A stretch of 64,000 nt of DNA from Paramoeba atlantica (taxonomy: Eukaryota; Protista; Discosea). Made by a program: the position numbers and the translations under genes. Shown piece by piece: positions 30,097-41,100 of the stretch (positions are counted from its first letter, which is position 1; each line of letters opens with the position of its first letter). The notes under the pieces are model-generated. The model was not told where the DNA came from. It saw only the letters and a program-made list of their open reading frames with translations, and ran no database searches. Location: the NCBI GenBank assembly GCA_977017575.1, contig CDRNVI010000036.1, positions 1 to 64,000 of the forward strand, in the 5' to 3' direction.

Positions 30097-32769
30097 TTAT
30101 TTTTCAACCAACTTATCCTTCACGGTTTGTGCCACCTGTTTCACCATTGCATTCGTTTCCACCACCGCCTTACACATGGCATCCAACGCAAGCCCCTGAT
30201 CCTGTTTCGCCTTCACATGGTTCTCCACCATCGCCTGCAGTATCGCATTCGTGGCCTGCTGAAACCCCTCCACCACTTTTTGCAGTGCCGCAACATCACT
30301 ACGTAACGCACTCACGCGTTCCTTACTCTCCTCTAACGCTTGTTTGAGTGTGTCCCCCCCGTACTGTTCCCCAACTTCCCGAACTCTACTTGTGTCTTTC
30401 ATTCCCTCCCCATGGGATCCCATCACCGTATTCTCTGGACTTGTATTTGTATCTTGTATCCCCTGTGAGCCCGGATTACTTTGTGTGGGGCTACCTATTG
30501 TACTGGGGTTAACCATTGTAGTGTGGCTACCCATTGCATTGGGGTTAACCATTGTTTTGTGGCTACCCATTGCATTGGGGTTAACCGTTGCATTGGGGTT
30601 AACCGTTGCATTGGGGTTAACCGTTGCATTGGGGTTAACCATTGTATTGGGGTTAACCATTGTATTGGGGTTAACCATTGTACTGTGGTTACATGTGTTC
30701 CACAGGGCATAGGGGGGTGTGTGCACTACGGGGTACACACAGGGGTAGACACCCAGGGGGTAGATGGGGGGGTAGGGGACATGTGGGTAGGGGGGGTACC
30801 CCGGGGGGAGGGGAGGGGGAGGGGTTGTGGGTAGGGCCGGGGGTACGGTGGGGGTGTCGTGGTGTCGTGGAGAAGCGGCGGTTGGGGGATGGAGAGGGGG
30901 AGTTGAGGGGTGGGAAAATTTCGGAGGGGAGGGGGGTGGAGGGGTGGGGGAGACGGGGGACGTCGTGGTAGGCGTGGAGGGTGGGGAGGAAGATACGGTC
31001 GGGGCTTCCGACGTTGTGGGGGTTCGAAGACGAGGAAGGGTGAAACGGCGTGGGGTGGGTTCAGGGGCTTTCGGTATGGCTTTTGCCGGTGTAGATGTCG
31101 AGGTAGGGTGCGGGGGTTTGGTGTCCGAAGGAGAAGGCATTACGCTCTTGGTCTTAGTTTTCATTGGAATGTGCTTTTTGGGGGTTGCTCCTTCCGTAAT
31201 GTGCAACGCCCGAGAAAGAAAGTACTCAGCGCGAGTAGGCTGATGATTGCATCGGGGGAGCAAATTGCGGACCGTGACCCCTACTCGGTACTTCCGTGCA
31301 AGTTTTGTTGCTGTGGGCGGAACGCAGTGCACAACGCTTCGATTCACAATCGGACCCGCATGCTCCTCTAACAGCGAGTCTTCCAATTTATCGGTAATCC
31401 CATGAGGATGCAACCAGTAGGCGTCGCTCGAAAAGACAAGCAAGGAGCGTGGCTCCAGTATTAAACTTTGGATCGGTCGCTCCTTCGCGATCTCCCCATC
31501 AAATTTGAACGTGTCATCGTAGTGGTCCATGGGGTTGGCATAGGGCTCACGGCGAGGGTAAAACGAGATAAGCGTAGGGGCGGCAAGTGAGAGAATGGCA
31601 ACACGCGGGACGTAAATCGGACCGTCCACGTGGGGTGCGATCCCTTCTCCCGGCTGATACTCATGCACTCGTACGTTGTTTGGAAATGTCGCAGGGGTAA
31701 AGACAGAGCTTTGCAGCAATCCGTCACAGACCTGGTTGCACCACGTGGGCAGGTTGCCCTCCGATACAAAGCTGGTATTGCAAGTGGAACACATGGAGCC
31801 ACCGTACTCCTGGACCAGACGCTTCTGAAGTTTTGACTTTACCTCCGATGGGGTATTTTTGAGAATACGCAGCATGGTGGATTCCTCCTCAGTGGTCACC
31901 CATTCGGGTACATAGTACACATGAGGAATCGTGCCAACGGAATGCTTAGTGAAGTCCACACGACGACGGCGAGGAAAAGACTCGATCGGGGGTATCACTT
32001 TCTCCAGCTCCCGCATCAGCTCCTCATTGGGGGCATACGGAGGAGGATTTTGCGTCTCGGCGTTCCAATTTGCCATTTTTGCCATCTGGAATTCCCCAGT
32101 GGCCATGTCGCTTCCCTCCAACGCTACTTTTCCGTTACAAGTGTAGATCTCAGCATTGTGCGATCCAATTTTTGCGTTTTGTACAATTCCTTCAAAAGTA
32201 AGAATTCGTGAGTTAGTCGCAGGTTGCTTGGAAGTCTGTGCGTAGACATAGATTTCCAAGCGCATTTGAAGCATGCCGCCAGCCGTTACCTCAAATTTTC
32301 CGACACCATAGCCTAACTCTGCACCTGGACGGTAATAAGCCGTACCGCAGGGAAGCATCAAAAGTTCTCCGGAGGGAATGGGCTGGCTGTCCTTTCCCCC
32401 CGAATAGTCAAGTTCCGGAAGGATCAATAGCCAGGGCCCGTGCATCTCGGAAGCGTTGAGGTCCGACAAGGCGTGCATGGAAACATTGGACACCTCGACT
32501 GGAGTACTGTTGCTCGATCCAGTTGAGGTGGGTGGAACCAAAGGCCCAAAACTAGGTGTTGATAGGGTCTCGAGAGAAGACAAGCTCCCACTTGTGCCAA
32601 ACGACACAGTATTCGTACGAATCAAGCGAGAGAACGCAGGAAATGCCAAACATCTATTTTTCAGAATGCCAAGTGAAATTGGTCTACCGCGCGCAAGCAT
32701 CACTCTGGACGAGAAATATATTTGTCCTATATTGTACGTTCTAAATTGTTTGTGATAAAAAGTGTACAT
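30097..32769 (-). CDS. AlkB-family 2OG-Fe(II) dioxygenase (ALKBH6-like) with Pro-rich linker, NPN repeats and coiled-coil tail
   Basis: YYVPEWVT, HEYQPGEGIAPHVDGP, LEPRSLLVF, HPHGI, RVGVTVR. Confidence 0.85.
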   Translation of the reverse strand: MYTFYHKQFRTYNIGQIYFSSRVMLARGRPISLGILKNRCLAFPAFSRLIRTNTVSFGTSGSLSSLETLSTPSFGPLVPPTSTGSSNSTPVEVSNVSMHALSDLNASEMHGPWLLILPELDYSGGKDSQPIPSGELLMLPCGTAYYRPGAELGYGVGKFEVTAGGMLQMRLEIYVYAQTSKQPATNSRILTFEGIVQNAKIGSHNAEIYTCNGKVALEGSDMATGEFQMAKMANWNAETQNPPPYAPNEELMRELEKVIPPIESFPRRRRVDFTKHSVGTIPHVYYVPEWVTTEEESTMLRILKNTPSEVKSKLQKRLVQEYGGSMCSTCNTSFVSEGNLPTWCNQVCDGLLQSSVFTPATFPNNVRVHEYQPGEGIAPHVDGPIYVPRVAILSLAAPTLISFYPRREPYANPMDHYDDTFKFDGEIAKERPIQSLILEPRSLLVFSSDAYWLHPHGITDKLEDSLLEEHAGPIVNRSVVHCVPPTATKLARKYRVGVTVRNLLPRCNHQPTRAEYFLSRALHITEGATPKKHIPMKTKTKSVMPSPSDTKPPHPTSTSTPAKAIPKAPEPTPRRFTLPRLRTPTTSEAPTVSSSPPSTPTTTSPVSPTPPPPSPPKFSHPSTPPLHPPTAASPRHHDTPTVPPALPTTPPPPLPPGYPPYPHVPYPPIYPLGVYPCVYPVVHTPPYALWNTCNHSTMVNPNTMVNPNTMVNPNATVNPNATVNPNATVNPNAMGSHKTMVNPNAMGSHTTMVNPSTIGSPTQSNPGSQGIQDTNTSPENTVMGSHGEGMKDTSRVREVGEQYGGDTLKQALEESKERVSALRSDVAALQKVVEGFQQATNAILQAMVENHVKAKQDQGLALDAMCKAVVETNAMVKQVAQTVKDKLVEK
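30495..30685 (-). repeat. In-frame 18-bp coding minisatellite (NPNTMV/NPNATV/NPNAMG)
   Basis: Eight GGGGTTAACC-centred units inside the AlkB ORF. Confidence 0.9.
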
Positions 32770-32903
32770 AAAATGTTTGTAACAAAAAGTATACGTTCTG
32801 CTTCAATCGCATATACAGTAAAATAAGTACAAGCATGTAATTCGGTTCTGGGGCAATATCTCATAGCAACCTCATAGGAAAGAACTAGAACACTGTTTAG
32901 TGC

Positions 32904-33689
32904 CTACTTAGTTAATTCGCTATATTGTTTTTGCCTCCACTGTTCTATACGTGATCCCAATGCTTCATTTGGAGATATGAAACTTGTTGGGATGGGCTGA
33001 TTGATTTGTGATGATTGATTTGTTTTCGGTAGTCCTACAGGTGTTGTCCATGCAGGGAAAGACTCATGTGCAGTAGATGGAAAAGTTCCTACTTCGTTCG
33101 GAACAGAGTCACCATAGGCACCGAACAAGTATGGATTTACCTGCATTGTATCCCCTTCGGTACGATGTTCATCCACATCGCATGAATTTAGATCTTGTCG
33201 TACGATCAGTTTATTGGCCTTCGCAATTACACGTGCGTATACCCGTTGCTCCAGTCCACTGCCAAAGTCGTTTGTTGTGCCTTTCCAAGATAGTATTTCA
33301 TACGGTGTCTCCGGTGCGATATATTCTTGTTCGTTCGCATTTAGGTTGTCATTCTCTTTTGCTGTATGTTCATTGAGGGTGGTGCTGTCTTCCATTTCAT
33401 TTCGCCAACGTTTCAGATGTAGGTTTCGATGTGATACGTCATATTCTAGTGGTGCACTTACAACCGAAAACATCCATGGTTGTACTTCCTCCCAATCAAT
33501 TGAAGACCGATTCGATGATTCTTCATCGTCTCCAGTGTCCGAAATTTCATATGGGAATTCCGCTAACAGGACTAAGGCTTCTTCGAAATTCTCATCTGTG
33601 TAAAGATCACACGCTGCACAGTTTTGCACTTCATTACTTTCAGTTAGGTTCATTTTTCGACGCTTGTCGCAAGAGTGATGTAAAGGCAA
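32904..33689 (-). CDS. Hypothetical acidic protein
   Basis: 261-aa ORF on the coding strand. Confidence 0.55.
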   Translation of the reverse strand: MPLHHSCDKRRKMNLTESNEVQNCAACDLYTDENFEEALVLLAEFPYEISDTGDDEESSNRSSIDWEEVQPWMFSVVSAPLEYDVSHRNLHLKRWRNEMEDSTTLNEHTAKENDNLNANEQEYIAPETPYEILSWKGTTNDFGSGLEQRVYARVIAKANKLIVRQDLNSCDVDEHRTEGDTMQVNPYLFGAYGDSVPNEVGTFPSTAHESFPAWTTPVGLPKTNQSSQINQPIPTSFISPNEALGSRIEQWRQKQYSELTK

Positions 33690-33972
33690 TGTTGTACTCT
33701 ATTACAAAATAAATAGTCTGAAACTAGTTATCCAAACATAGAAGTTAAACGAATTAAAAAAAATGGATTCTTATGTTGCTTTTGTTTTTTGTGAAACTTT
33801 TACTGCTCCCTTGACAAATAAACCAAAAGGTTACGGCAAGAAAGTTGCTTAAGGTGGCTAGATTCTCAAGATCGAAAACTATGTGTCGTAAAACACGACC
33901 CCTTCACACACAACAATGTGTAAAATGTAAGAATCAGGGATCACACACCCTCGCCTTTTCTCGGAGAGCCCA

Positions 33973-34794
33973 TCACCGCACATAGTTCCCATGCAGGTAT
34001 TCCTTGGTGCCATCGAACAGCGGGAGTGCAATAATCGCATTTAGTGTGGATCGAGACACCGCGAGGTGATATCCCGTCCAGAACCCCAACACTCCTTTCG
34101 AACGGTCGGTCTGGGCAGCACAATCCCAGTACCCCTTATAGCGGTAGGGCGTGGCCTGCAGTTTGGTCTTCACCAAGTCCACGGAAAAGATCACCGTCCA
34201 CCCGGTGACTCCGGTAACCGTGGCCGCTGCCATGGAGTGCCACCACCGTCGCTCCGTGGGGTTTGTCACAAACAACGATTTCACCCCCTCGTAGCTTCCA
34301 AAGTAACACGCCCGGCCGATCGAGCATGCCGTCATCTCGGCAGGAATGCCTCGGTACATCCCGCGGAACCTCAGCAGCTTTATGGCCTCTTTCAGCGAGC
34401 CCCCATGGATCTGCAGCCGTGCCTTTGTGCAGTTCGTGGGGCACAGCACCAGGGAGCCGAACAGCCCGCTGAGAAATCCAGCGGCTATGGGGATCTGGAG
34501 CCCCGTGAGTGGAGTGAGACGCGCGAGTTCTCGTTTCCACCCCTCGAAAAGGGTAAAGATCAGGGAGACGATCACCCCGTTGAGCAGCAGGCTGACCTGA
34601 ACGCCGCGGTAGAGCCCGAGGACCCCGAGGGTGGATAGCGTCTGTCGGGGGTTACTGTTGTTGGCCTGCCAGAATACTTTTAGTGTGTCAAGGGGGAAGG
34701 TGAGGAAGGTCGTGGAGGTGGAGGTGACCCAGGAGGCGGTGAAGTCCGCCTGCCATGGGTCCATTAAGGGGCCACGGGGGAATAACGCTAACAT
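33973..34794 (-). CDS. Mitochondrial carrier family (SLC25) protein
   Basis: Three repeats with PLDTLK, PTNCTKARLQ, SVDLVKTKLQ; high GC. Confidence 0.9.
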   Translation of the reverse strand: MLALFPRGPLMDPWQADFTASWVTSTSTTFLTFPLDTLKVFWQANNSNPRQTLSTLGVLGLYRGVQVSLLLNGVIVSLIFTLFEGWKRELARLTPLTGLQIPIAAGFLSGLFGSLVLCPTNCTKARLQIHGGSLKEAIKLLRFRGMYRGIPAEMTACSIGRACYFGSYEGVKSLFVTNPTERRWWHSMAAATVTGVTGWTVIFSVDLVKTKLQATPYRYKGYWDCAAQTDRSKGVLGFWTGYHLAVSRSTLNAIIALPLFDGTKEYLHGNYVR

Positions 34795-35009
34795 GCGGGA
34801 ACAGAGTGGGGAAAGGAAAACAAAAAGTAACGGCGAGATTGTGAATAAAAAGTAAATAAAAGTAAGAATGAAGAGTGTTATACTGTACTAATCATTGCCT
34901 ACGATATTGCGTACGTGCGTTTTTGTCTTGGGTGGCAGAATCACCAAAACGAGAATTAAAGTGGATCATACTTTTTTAACATTATCTCCACAGCTGTATG
35001 GAACTCATT

Positions 35010-35441
<432 letters not shown>

Positions 35442-35445
35442 GAAC

Positions 35446-36186
35446 TCATTCTTGAAGAACTATTTTAGTATCAGAATAAAGAAAGCTGTTTAAAATGGTT
35501 GGCAACGTTGAGACATCCACTTTACCACATAATTGTTTATTGCCATGTACATCTATTGCCTGTAAGCTTTTCGGCAAGTTATTCATGATTGCAGTACCCG
35601 AGAACTGATTGTTAGGCAAAGATAAGTCGACTAGATTAGGTGGAAGATTTGTCAAATTTAAGGGGCCATACAGTTGGTTGTTACCTACATGGAGCATCAT
35701 AAGACTTGCGGGAAGGTGACTTAGGTCAACCTCTCCTTCAAATTGGTTGTAGCTAAAGTAAAGCCGCTTTACCGTCTGGGGTAAGTGTCGAAGCTCCAAT
35801 TTCCCACTGAAAGCATTGTCCATCACATTGAAATGGAGAATACCCGAGGGCAGGGCATCGAGTTCGACAGCCCCCGTAAGCTGGTTCGTACTTACTAGAA
35901 AGATCTGCAGTGACTGCGGAAGCGAGGGCCATCGAATGGACCCGAAAAGACTTTGTCCTATCCAATCTATCTTAGTAATACAACTGCCCTCACACTTGAC
36001 ACCTTTCCACTCACAAGCAGGGACTGATGGATTCCATGTGGGATGCTTATTTCCGATATCCTCAATAAGTTGCATAAGTTCATATTCAGGTGGTAAATTT
36101 GCTCTTCCGACTTTGCTGGCATGAGAATTAGAACTTTGTTCGGACGAGCTTGAATCGTGACAACTGAATAAATAAGCGTGCTTCAT
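35446..36186 (-). CDS. LRR protein (tandem paralog A)
   Basis: HPTWNPSVPACEWKGVKC cap plus LRRs; same length as and nearly identical to 36551-37291. Confidence 0.9.
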   Translation of the reverse strand: MKHAYLFSCHDSSSSEQSSNSHASKVGRANLPPEYELMQLIEDIGNKHPTWNPSVPACEWKGVKCEGSCITKIDWIGQSLFGSIRWPSLPQSLQIFLVSTNQLTGAVELDALPSGILHFNVMDNAFSGKLELRHLPQTVKRLYFSYNQFEGEVDLSHLPASLMMLHVGNNQLYGPLNLTNLPPNLVDLSLPNNQFSGTAIMNNLPKSLQAIDVHGNKQLCGKVDVSTLPTILNSFLYSDTKIVLQE

Positions 36187-36550
36187 TTTACAAATAATTT
36201 TACAAGTAAAGGAGCATGTAATGGCACTACTGGTTGTGTATTACTGAGCATGTAATGTTAGAAAAGAGAATGTTGTGCAGAAAATACCCCCCCCCCCATT
36301 TAGGCGCACCTCGTTTTCAGTGAAGAGTGCGGTACGGAAAGACACCTGTACTACTTCGCACTGAAAACTGCTTCCAAATTGAATGAAGTTTGACCTTAAA
36401 AAAATAAAAGTAAGAGTGAAGAATACTATACTAGTCATTGCGTACGATATTTCGTACATGTAGGTTTTTGTGCTGGTTGGGAGTGTCACCAAAACGCTTA
36501 TTAAGTATGGAGAATATTTTTTGAATATGATCTCCACAGCTGCATGTAAC

Positions 36551-37291
36551 TCATTCTTGAAGAATTATTTTAGTATCAGAATAAAGAAAGCTGTCTAAAA
36601 TAGTTGGCAAAGTCGAGGCGTCAACTTTACCACATAATTGCTTATTACCATGCACATGCAGTGCCTGTAAGCTTTTTGGCAGGTTATTCATTATTGCGGT
36701 ACCCGAAAATTGATTGTTAGGCAAAGATAAGTCGACTAGATTAGGTGGAAGGTTAGTCAAATTTATAGGGCCAGACAAGTGGTTGTAACCTAAATGGAGC
36801 CTCGCAAGATTTATAGGAAGGTGATTTAGGTCAACCTCTCCTTCAAATTGATTGTAACTGAAGCTAAGCCGTTTTACCGTCTGCGGTAAATATCGAAGAT
36901 CCAATTTCCCACTGAAAGCATTGTCCATCACACTGAAATGGAGAATACCCGAGGGCAGGGCATCGAGTTCGACAGTCCCCGTAAGGTGATTCGTACTTCC
37001 TAGAAAGTTCTGCAGTGACTGCGGAAGCCAGGGCCATCGAATGGACCCGAAAAGGCTTCGTTGTATCCAATCTAGCTGAGTAATATAAGTGCCCTCACAC
37101 TTGACACCTTTCCACTCACACGCAGGGACCAACGTATTCCATGTGGGATGCTTATTTCCGATATCCTCAATAAGTTGCGTGAGTTCATATTCAGGTGGTA
37201 AATTTGCTCTTCCAACTCTGCTGGCACGAGAATTAGAACTTTGTTGGCACGAGCTTGAATCGTGACAACTGAATAAATAAACGTGCTTCAT
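36551..37291 (-). CDS. LRR protein (tandem paralog B)
   Basis: 246 aa; the duplication includes the UTRs. Confidence 0.9.
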   Translation of the reverse strand: MKHVYLFSCHDSSSCQQSSNSRASRVGRANLPPEYELTQLIEDIGNKHPTWNTLVPACEWKGVKCEGTYITQLDWIQRSLFGSIRWPWLPQSLQNFLGSTNHLTGTVELDALPSGILHFSVMDNAFSGKLDLRYLPQTVKRLSFSYNQFEGEVDLNHLPINLARLHLGYNHLSGPINLTNLPPNLVDLSLPNNQFSGTAIMNNLPKSLQALHVHGNKQLCGKVDASTLPTILDSFLYSDTKIILQE

Positions 37292-37766
37292 TTTAATGAT
37301 TCAAGTAAAAGAGCGTGTAATGATACTCCTGGTCATGCACTACTGGGCGTGTAATGTTAGAAAAGAGAATGCGGCTCAAGAAATACATGTAGGTTGTTTC
37401 AACCCACTTGAATCTGCAGATTTTATTTGAAATCACTGTCGAACGGCAAACGTTTCTATCTCTTTTTTTTCTACCTTAAATGGGATACGAAAAGAAACAT
37501 GTAAATGTATAACTAAAATACATACATACCCGAAACAAGTGGGTAATCATTCAACATTTAATGTCATTAACGTTGTTGACTACTCAGCAGTCCAACTCTA
37601 AAAAATATTTAAATTCATAGCAAATCAAGTGCTAGGTATTGCTAGCAGGTAATCAAAGAAATAAAAGCTTATACATGTATGTACAGGTATGTACAAGTAA
37701 ACTAATCAAAGGGTCCACTTAGCATACTTGGTTGTTTAGCATGTTTAAAAACACTTCTTAATCGCT

Positions 37767-38150
37767 TCACGTCTCCATAACGCATATTTTCGTATATTTG
37801 TGACGAAAAAATGTTAGCGGTGCAGGAAGATATGAAGTTCGAACGATACCCCCAAGCTCTTTGTTTCCGTTCACCATTATGAATTCCAGGCCTGTAGGAA
37901 GTGCGTCAAGCTTAGATGCACCGGAAAAGTCGTTGTATTCCAGGTTAAGGCCTTTTAATGTAGCCGGTAAATGCTCCAAATTCAGCGTCCCAGTCAAGTT
38001 GTTATCGCCTAAGTTCAGACCCCTTAAACTTGAAGGCTTTCGAGATCAATGCTCCCAGAAAATTTGTTCGAATGTAGATTGAGCGCTTCCAAGCTCTCAG
38101 GAAGGGAACCGAGTTCTATGCTGCCGTTCAACATGTTATTGTGTAAGATT
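37767..38150 (-). pseudogene. 3' half of the LRR gene interrupted by the retrotransposon (with an extra frameshift near 38030)
   Basis: LHNNMLNGSIELGSLPESLEALNLHSNKFSG... continues the repeat left open at 43341. Confidence 0.85.
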
Positions 38151-41100
38151 TGTTTGTTCATACTATTGCATAATAGCAGAGAGTTTTCAGGGTAAGGCCC
38201 GCATACAACGGGATAACCCTTTTTATTTAGCAAGCAGAGCGGTTTTCCTCGTCCGTCCATTCAGCTTCGTTCCTCCGAGCCCAGATAATATAGCTGGCCC
38301 GACCAGCCATTAAACTCATGCTTTCTCTGCATGATCTGGCTCGTTTTCGTTCCCCTTGGAACACGGCGTCAAGATAGCGACAGGATCCGCTAGGAAGTCC
38401 CCGTGCGCCGATCTCGAACGCTAGGGCGTAGCAGTTCGGGTTCTCGATTCTGTGCTCGTGGAGAAGTGAGTTATACTTCTCTGACTTCCGCCGGTGTGCG
38501 TTTTCGCAGTTCTCCTCCCACGGGACAGTTAGCTCAATGATGAACTCGGTCCCGTTCCGTAGTTTGATCCAGCCATCCGGGCGCAGTAAACTGTCGCTAC
38601 TGGTGTACCACGGGGGTGGGTTCCGTTCACCCGTGAGGTCAAAGTGGCAAGCTTCGGTGGCAGGGGATTGGCGTACGTGTCGTGCGAACTCGCGGAGAAC
38701 CATGTCGTGTCTTAGTGTGTACCTCCCTTGTTGTAAGGATGTGTTGCATGATGAAAGGACGTGTCTTGTTGTTTGTCTCGGCATATGGGACATTTTGTAT
38801 CAGAGTGATAGTTGCGACCCCATTGTGCAAGGGATACTCGGGAGGGCAGGGGGGTTAGAGTCATGACGGAGGACATGAATCGCGAGAGTTTCTCGTTTCG
38901 GATCCCATGGATGGCAGATGCAAATTCTTGTGCCATTTCTGGGTCTGACGGAAACTGCCACCAGAGGGCAGCAACAGGAGCACGTTGTCGTAGACGTGTA
39001 ATCATTTGTTCTTCGTGGGCATCACGGAGTATTTGTCGTGCGCGCTGTGGGTCGTTAAGATGATCGGCTATCTGTGCAGAATGCGGATTTGACCTTTCGC
39101 ACGCTTCCTTTGCTCTTCCTGGATGCGGAAGCGCAATGCCTTGAGCACGTTCGGGTCTCGTGATTGATGCATTTGGGTAAGTGACGTTCCGGTGCACTCG
39201 TACCAGAGTTCTGTCAGACTTTTGAGATTCCAGCCGCGGCAGGAGTATAGTACTTCTGTGCTACCGGCACGAGCCATGTTAATCCATCGTCGAAAGTGTG
39301 CTGTGACTCGCTTCTGAAGCCGCAGAACCGAGCTGAAAGAGATGCAGGGGTGGATGGTAAACTGAAACCGAAGTCGGGAAATTATAGCGTGTCTGTAGAT
39401 CCACAGCTTAGCCGGGAGATTATGGGCGCTGGCACTCGTGTTTTCGAGCCATCCCTTCAGCTTTGAGTTTAATTTCTTGAAAAGTTCGTTTAGCTGCTGA
39501 GATCCAGGGGCGAGGGTCATACCAAGAAATGAGCTTCCGGCGTCACAAATATGTGGAATTTTTTCTCCGTATGTGGTTACTGCAGGTCTTCTCGTCATGT
39601 ACCCCGGGTGCTCTTCGCCTTTCCGCGTGCTCATACATTGGACTCGACTTTTTGTGACGTTGATTTTTAATCCGATTTTGGAGAGCACCGTGGTTAGTGC
39701 GTTCAGCGAAGTTTGCATGTCACGGTCACTTTCGGTCAGAATGGTTAAATCATCGGCATACGCTTTCAAGAAGTTGTTATCGCCGTTGGGAAGGCGCATG
39801 CCAAAGGTTGGACACGAGAACCGAACGTATCGTAATACGATTTCCATGACTACTAAGAATATAGTGGGGGAGAGTGTATCGCCTTGTAAGACTCCCTTCT
39901 TTACATGTATGGGACGCGTTAGACCTTCGTAACATTTAACTCGTATGTGTGCATCAGTGAGGCTGTCTTTGATGTAGTCGACAACGTTGCAGGGTATGCC
40001 TGCCCAACCTAGGGAAGCTAGTATAATGTTATGCGGGATCGAACCAAAGGCGTTAGTGAGGACCAATTGGGCAAGACAGTACTGTCGTTTATGTCGCTGG
40101 TAGTGCTGGAGGAGGGTGCATAGAGTTTGGGTGTGCTCCAATGTCCCATTGATTTCGGGAAGAAACCCTTTCTGTATTTCTGGGTCAATCACATTGTGTC
40201 CAATAAGATGTTGGGTCAGGCGATGCGATATGATTGTGTGGAACGCTTTACCAAGGGCGCTCGTCAGTGAAATGGGGCGCCAATTTTTGGGGTTTTCCGG
40301 TGCTCCGCTCTTATGTATCAGCCTAGTGATTGCAGTTTTCCATGATGGAGGGCAGGTCGAGAAAGTCATCAGATTATTGAATACCTTAGCAAATTGATCA
40401 TGCATGGATGGACATTTCTTAAGAATCAGATTGGTGATCGTGTCTGCACCGGGTGAGCTGGAGTTCCGTTTCATATTGATGGCTGCCGTGACATCGTCTC
40501 GCGTGATTGGGTCCCAATGCATGGGTTGGGCGGCTCCTGGTCCGAGTACATCTGGAGGAGGCAGTTGGAAGAGTTCTTCACTGGGTTTAAAGCTTGACTC
40601 GAAGTATGTCTCTATGGTGTTCCGGTCGCAGGTCGGGTAAGTTGTATTCTGTACTTCATTAGCGTCAGGTTTGTCGATCGTTTCTGAAGCTGCTGTCCAC
40701 GGATTTCTGGAAAATCGCTCGGAGGCCCAGCGCTGATCGATTTCTTCTCTTTGTTTCGTCGCTTCTTCCTCACGTATCCTGACTAGCTTTCGACATTCTT
40801 TGATTTGTGCTCGTAATTCGTCTCGTTCCGTCCTACTTCTCGTATAGCGTAGCGAAGTTTTCAAGGTTGTGAGATGGTGTTTCAGTTCTTGTGCGACTCT
40901 CTCCGTGGCGAGTGGTCGATACCTTCGTCGGGCGTGTCCGGTGCTAGCTCTGATGAGGAAGCCCCTTGTCGGATTCGCTTCCGTCGCTATTTCGTAAGCA
41001 GATACGGCTAGGGCGGCGCTAAGAAGTTCCGCGTTACGTATAGCTGTCTTCCTGTCCGTTGTATCGCTTAGAAGTTCGTTGCAACGTGCACTTGCTCTCG

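Noticed and set aside
30495-30685. Telomere-like GGGGTTA repeats
   Set aside because: 18-bp in-frame coding units inside the AlkB ORF, not a (TTAGGG)n array.
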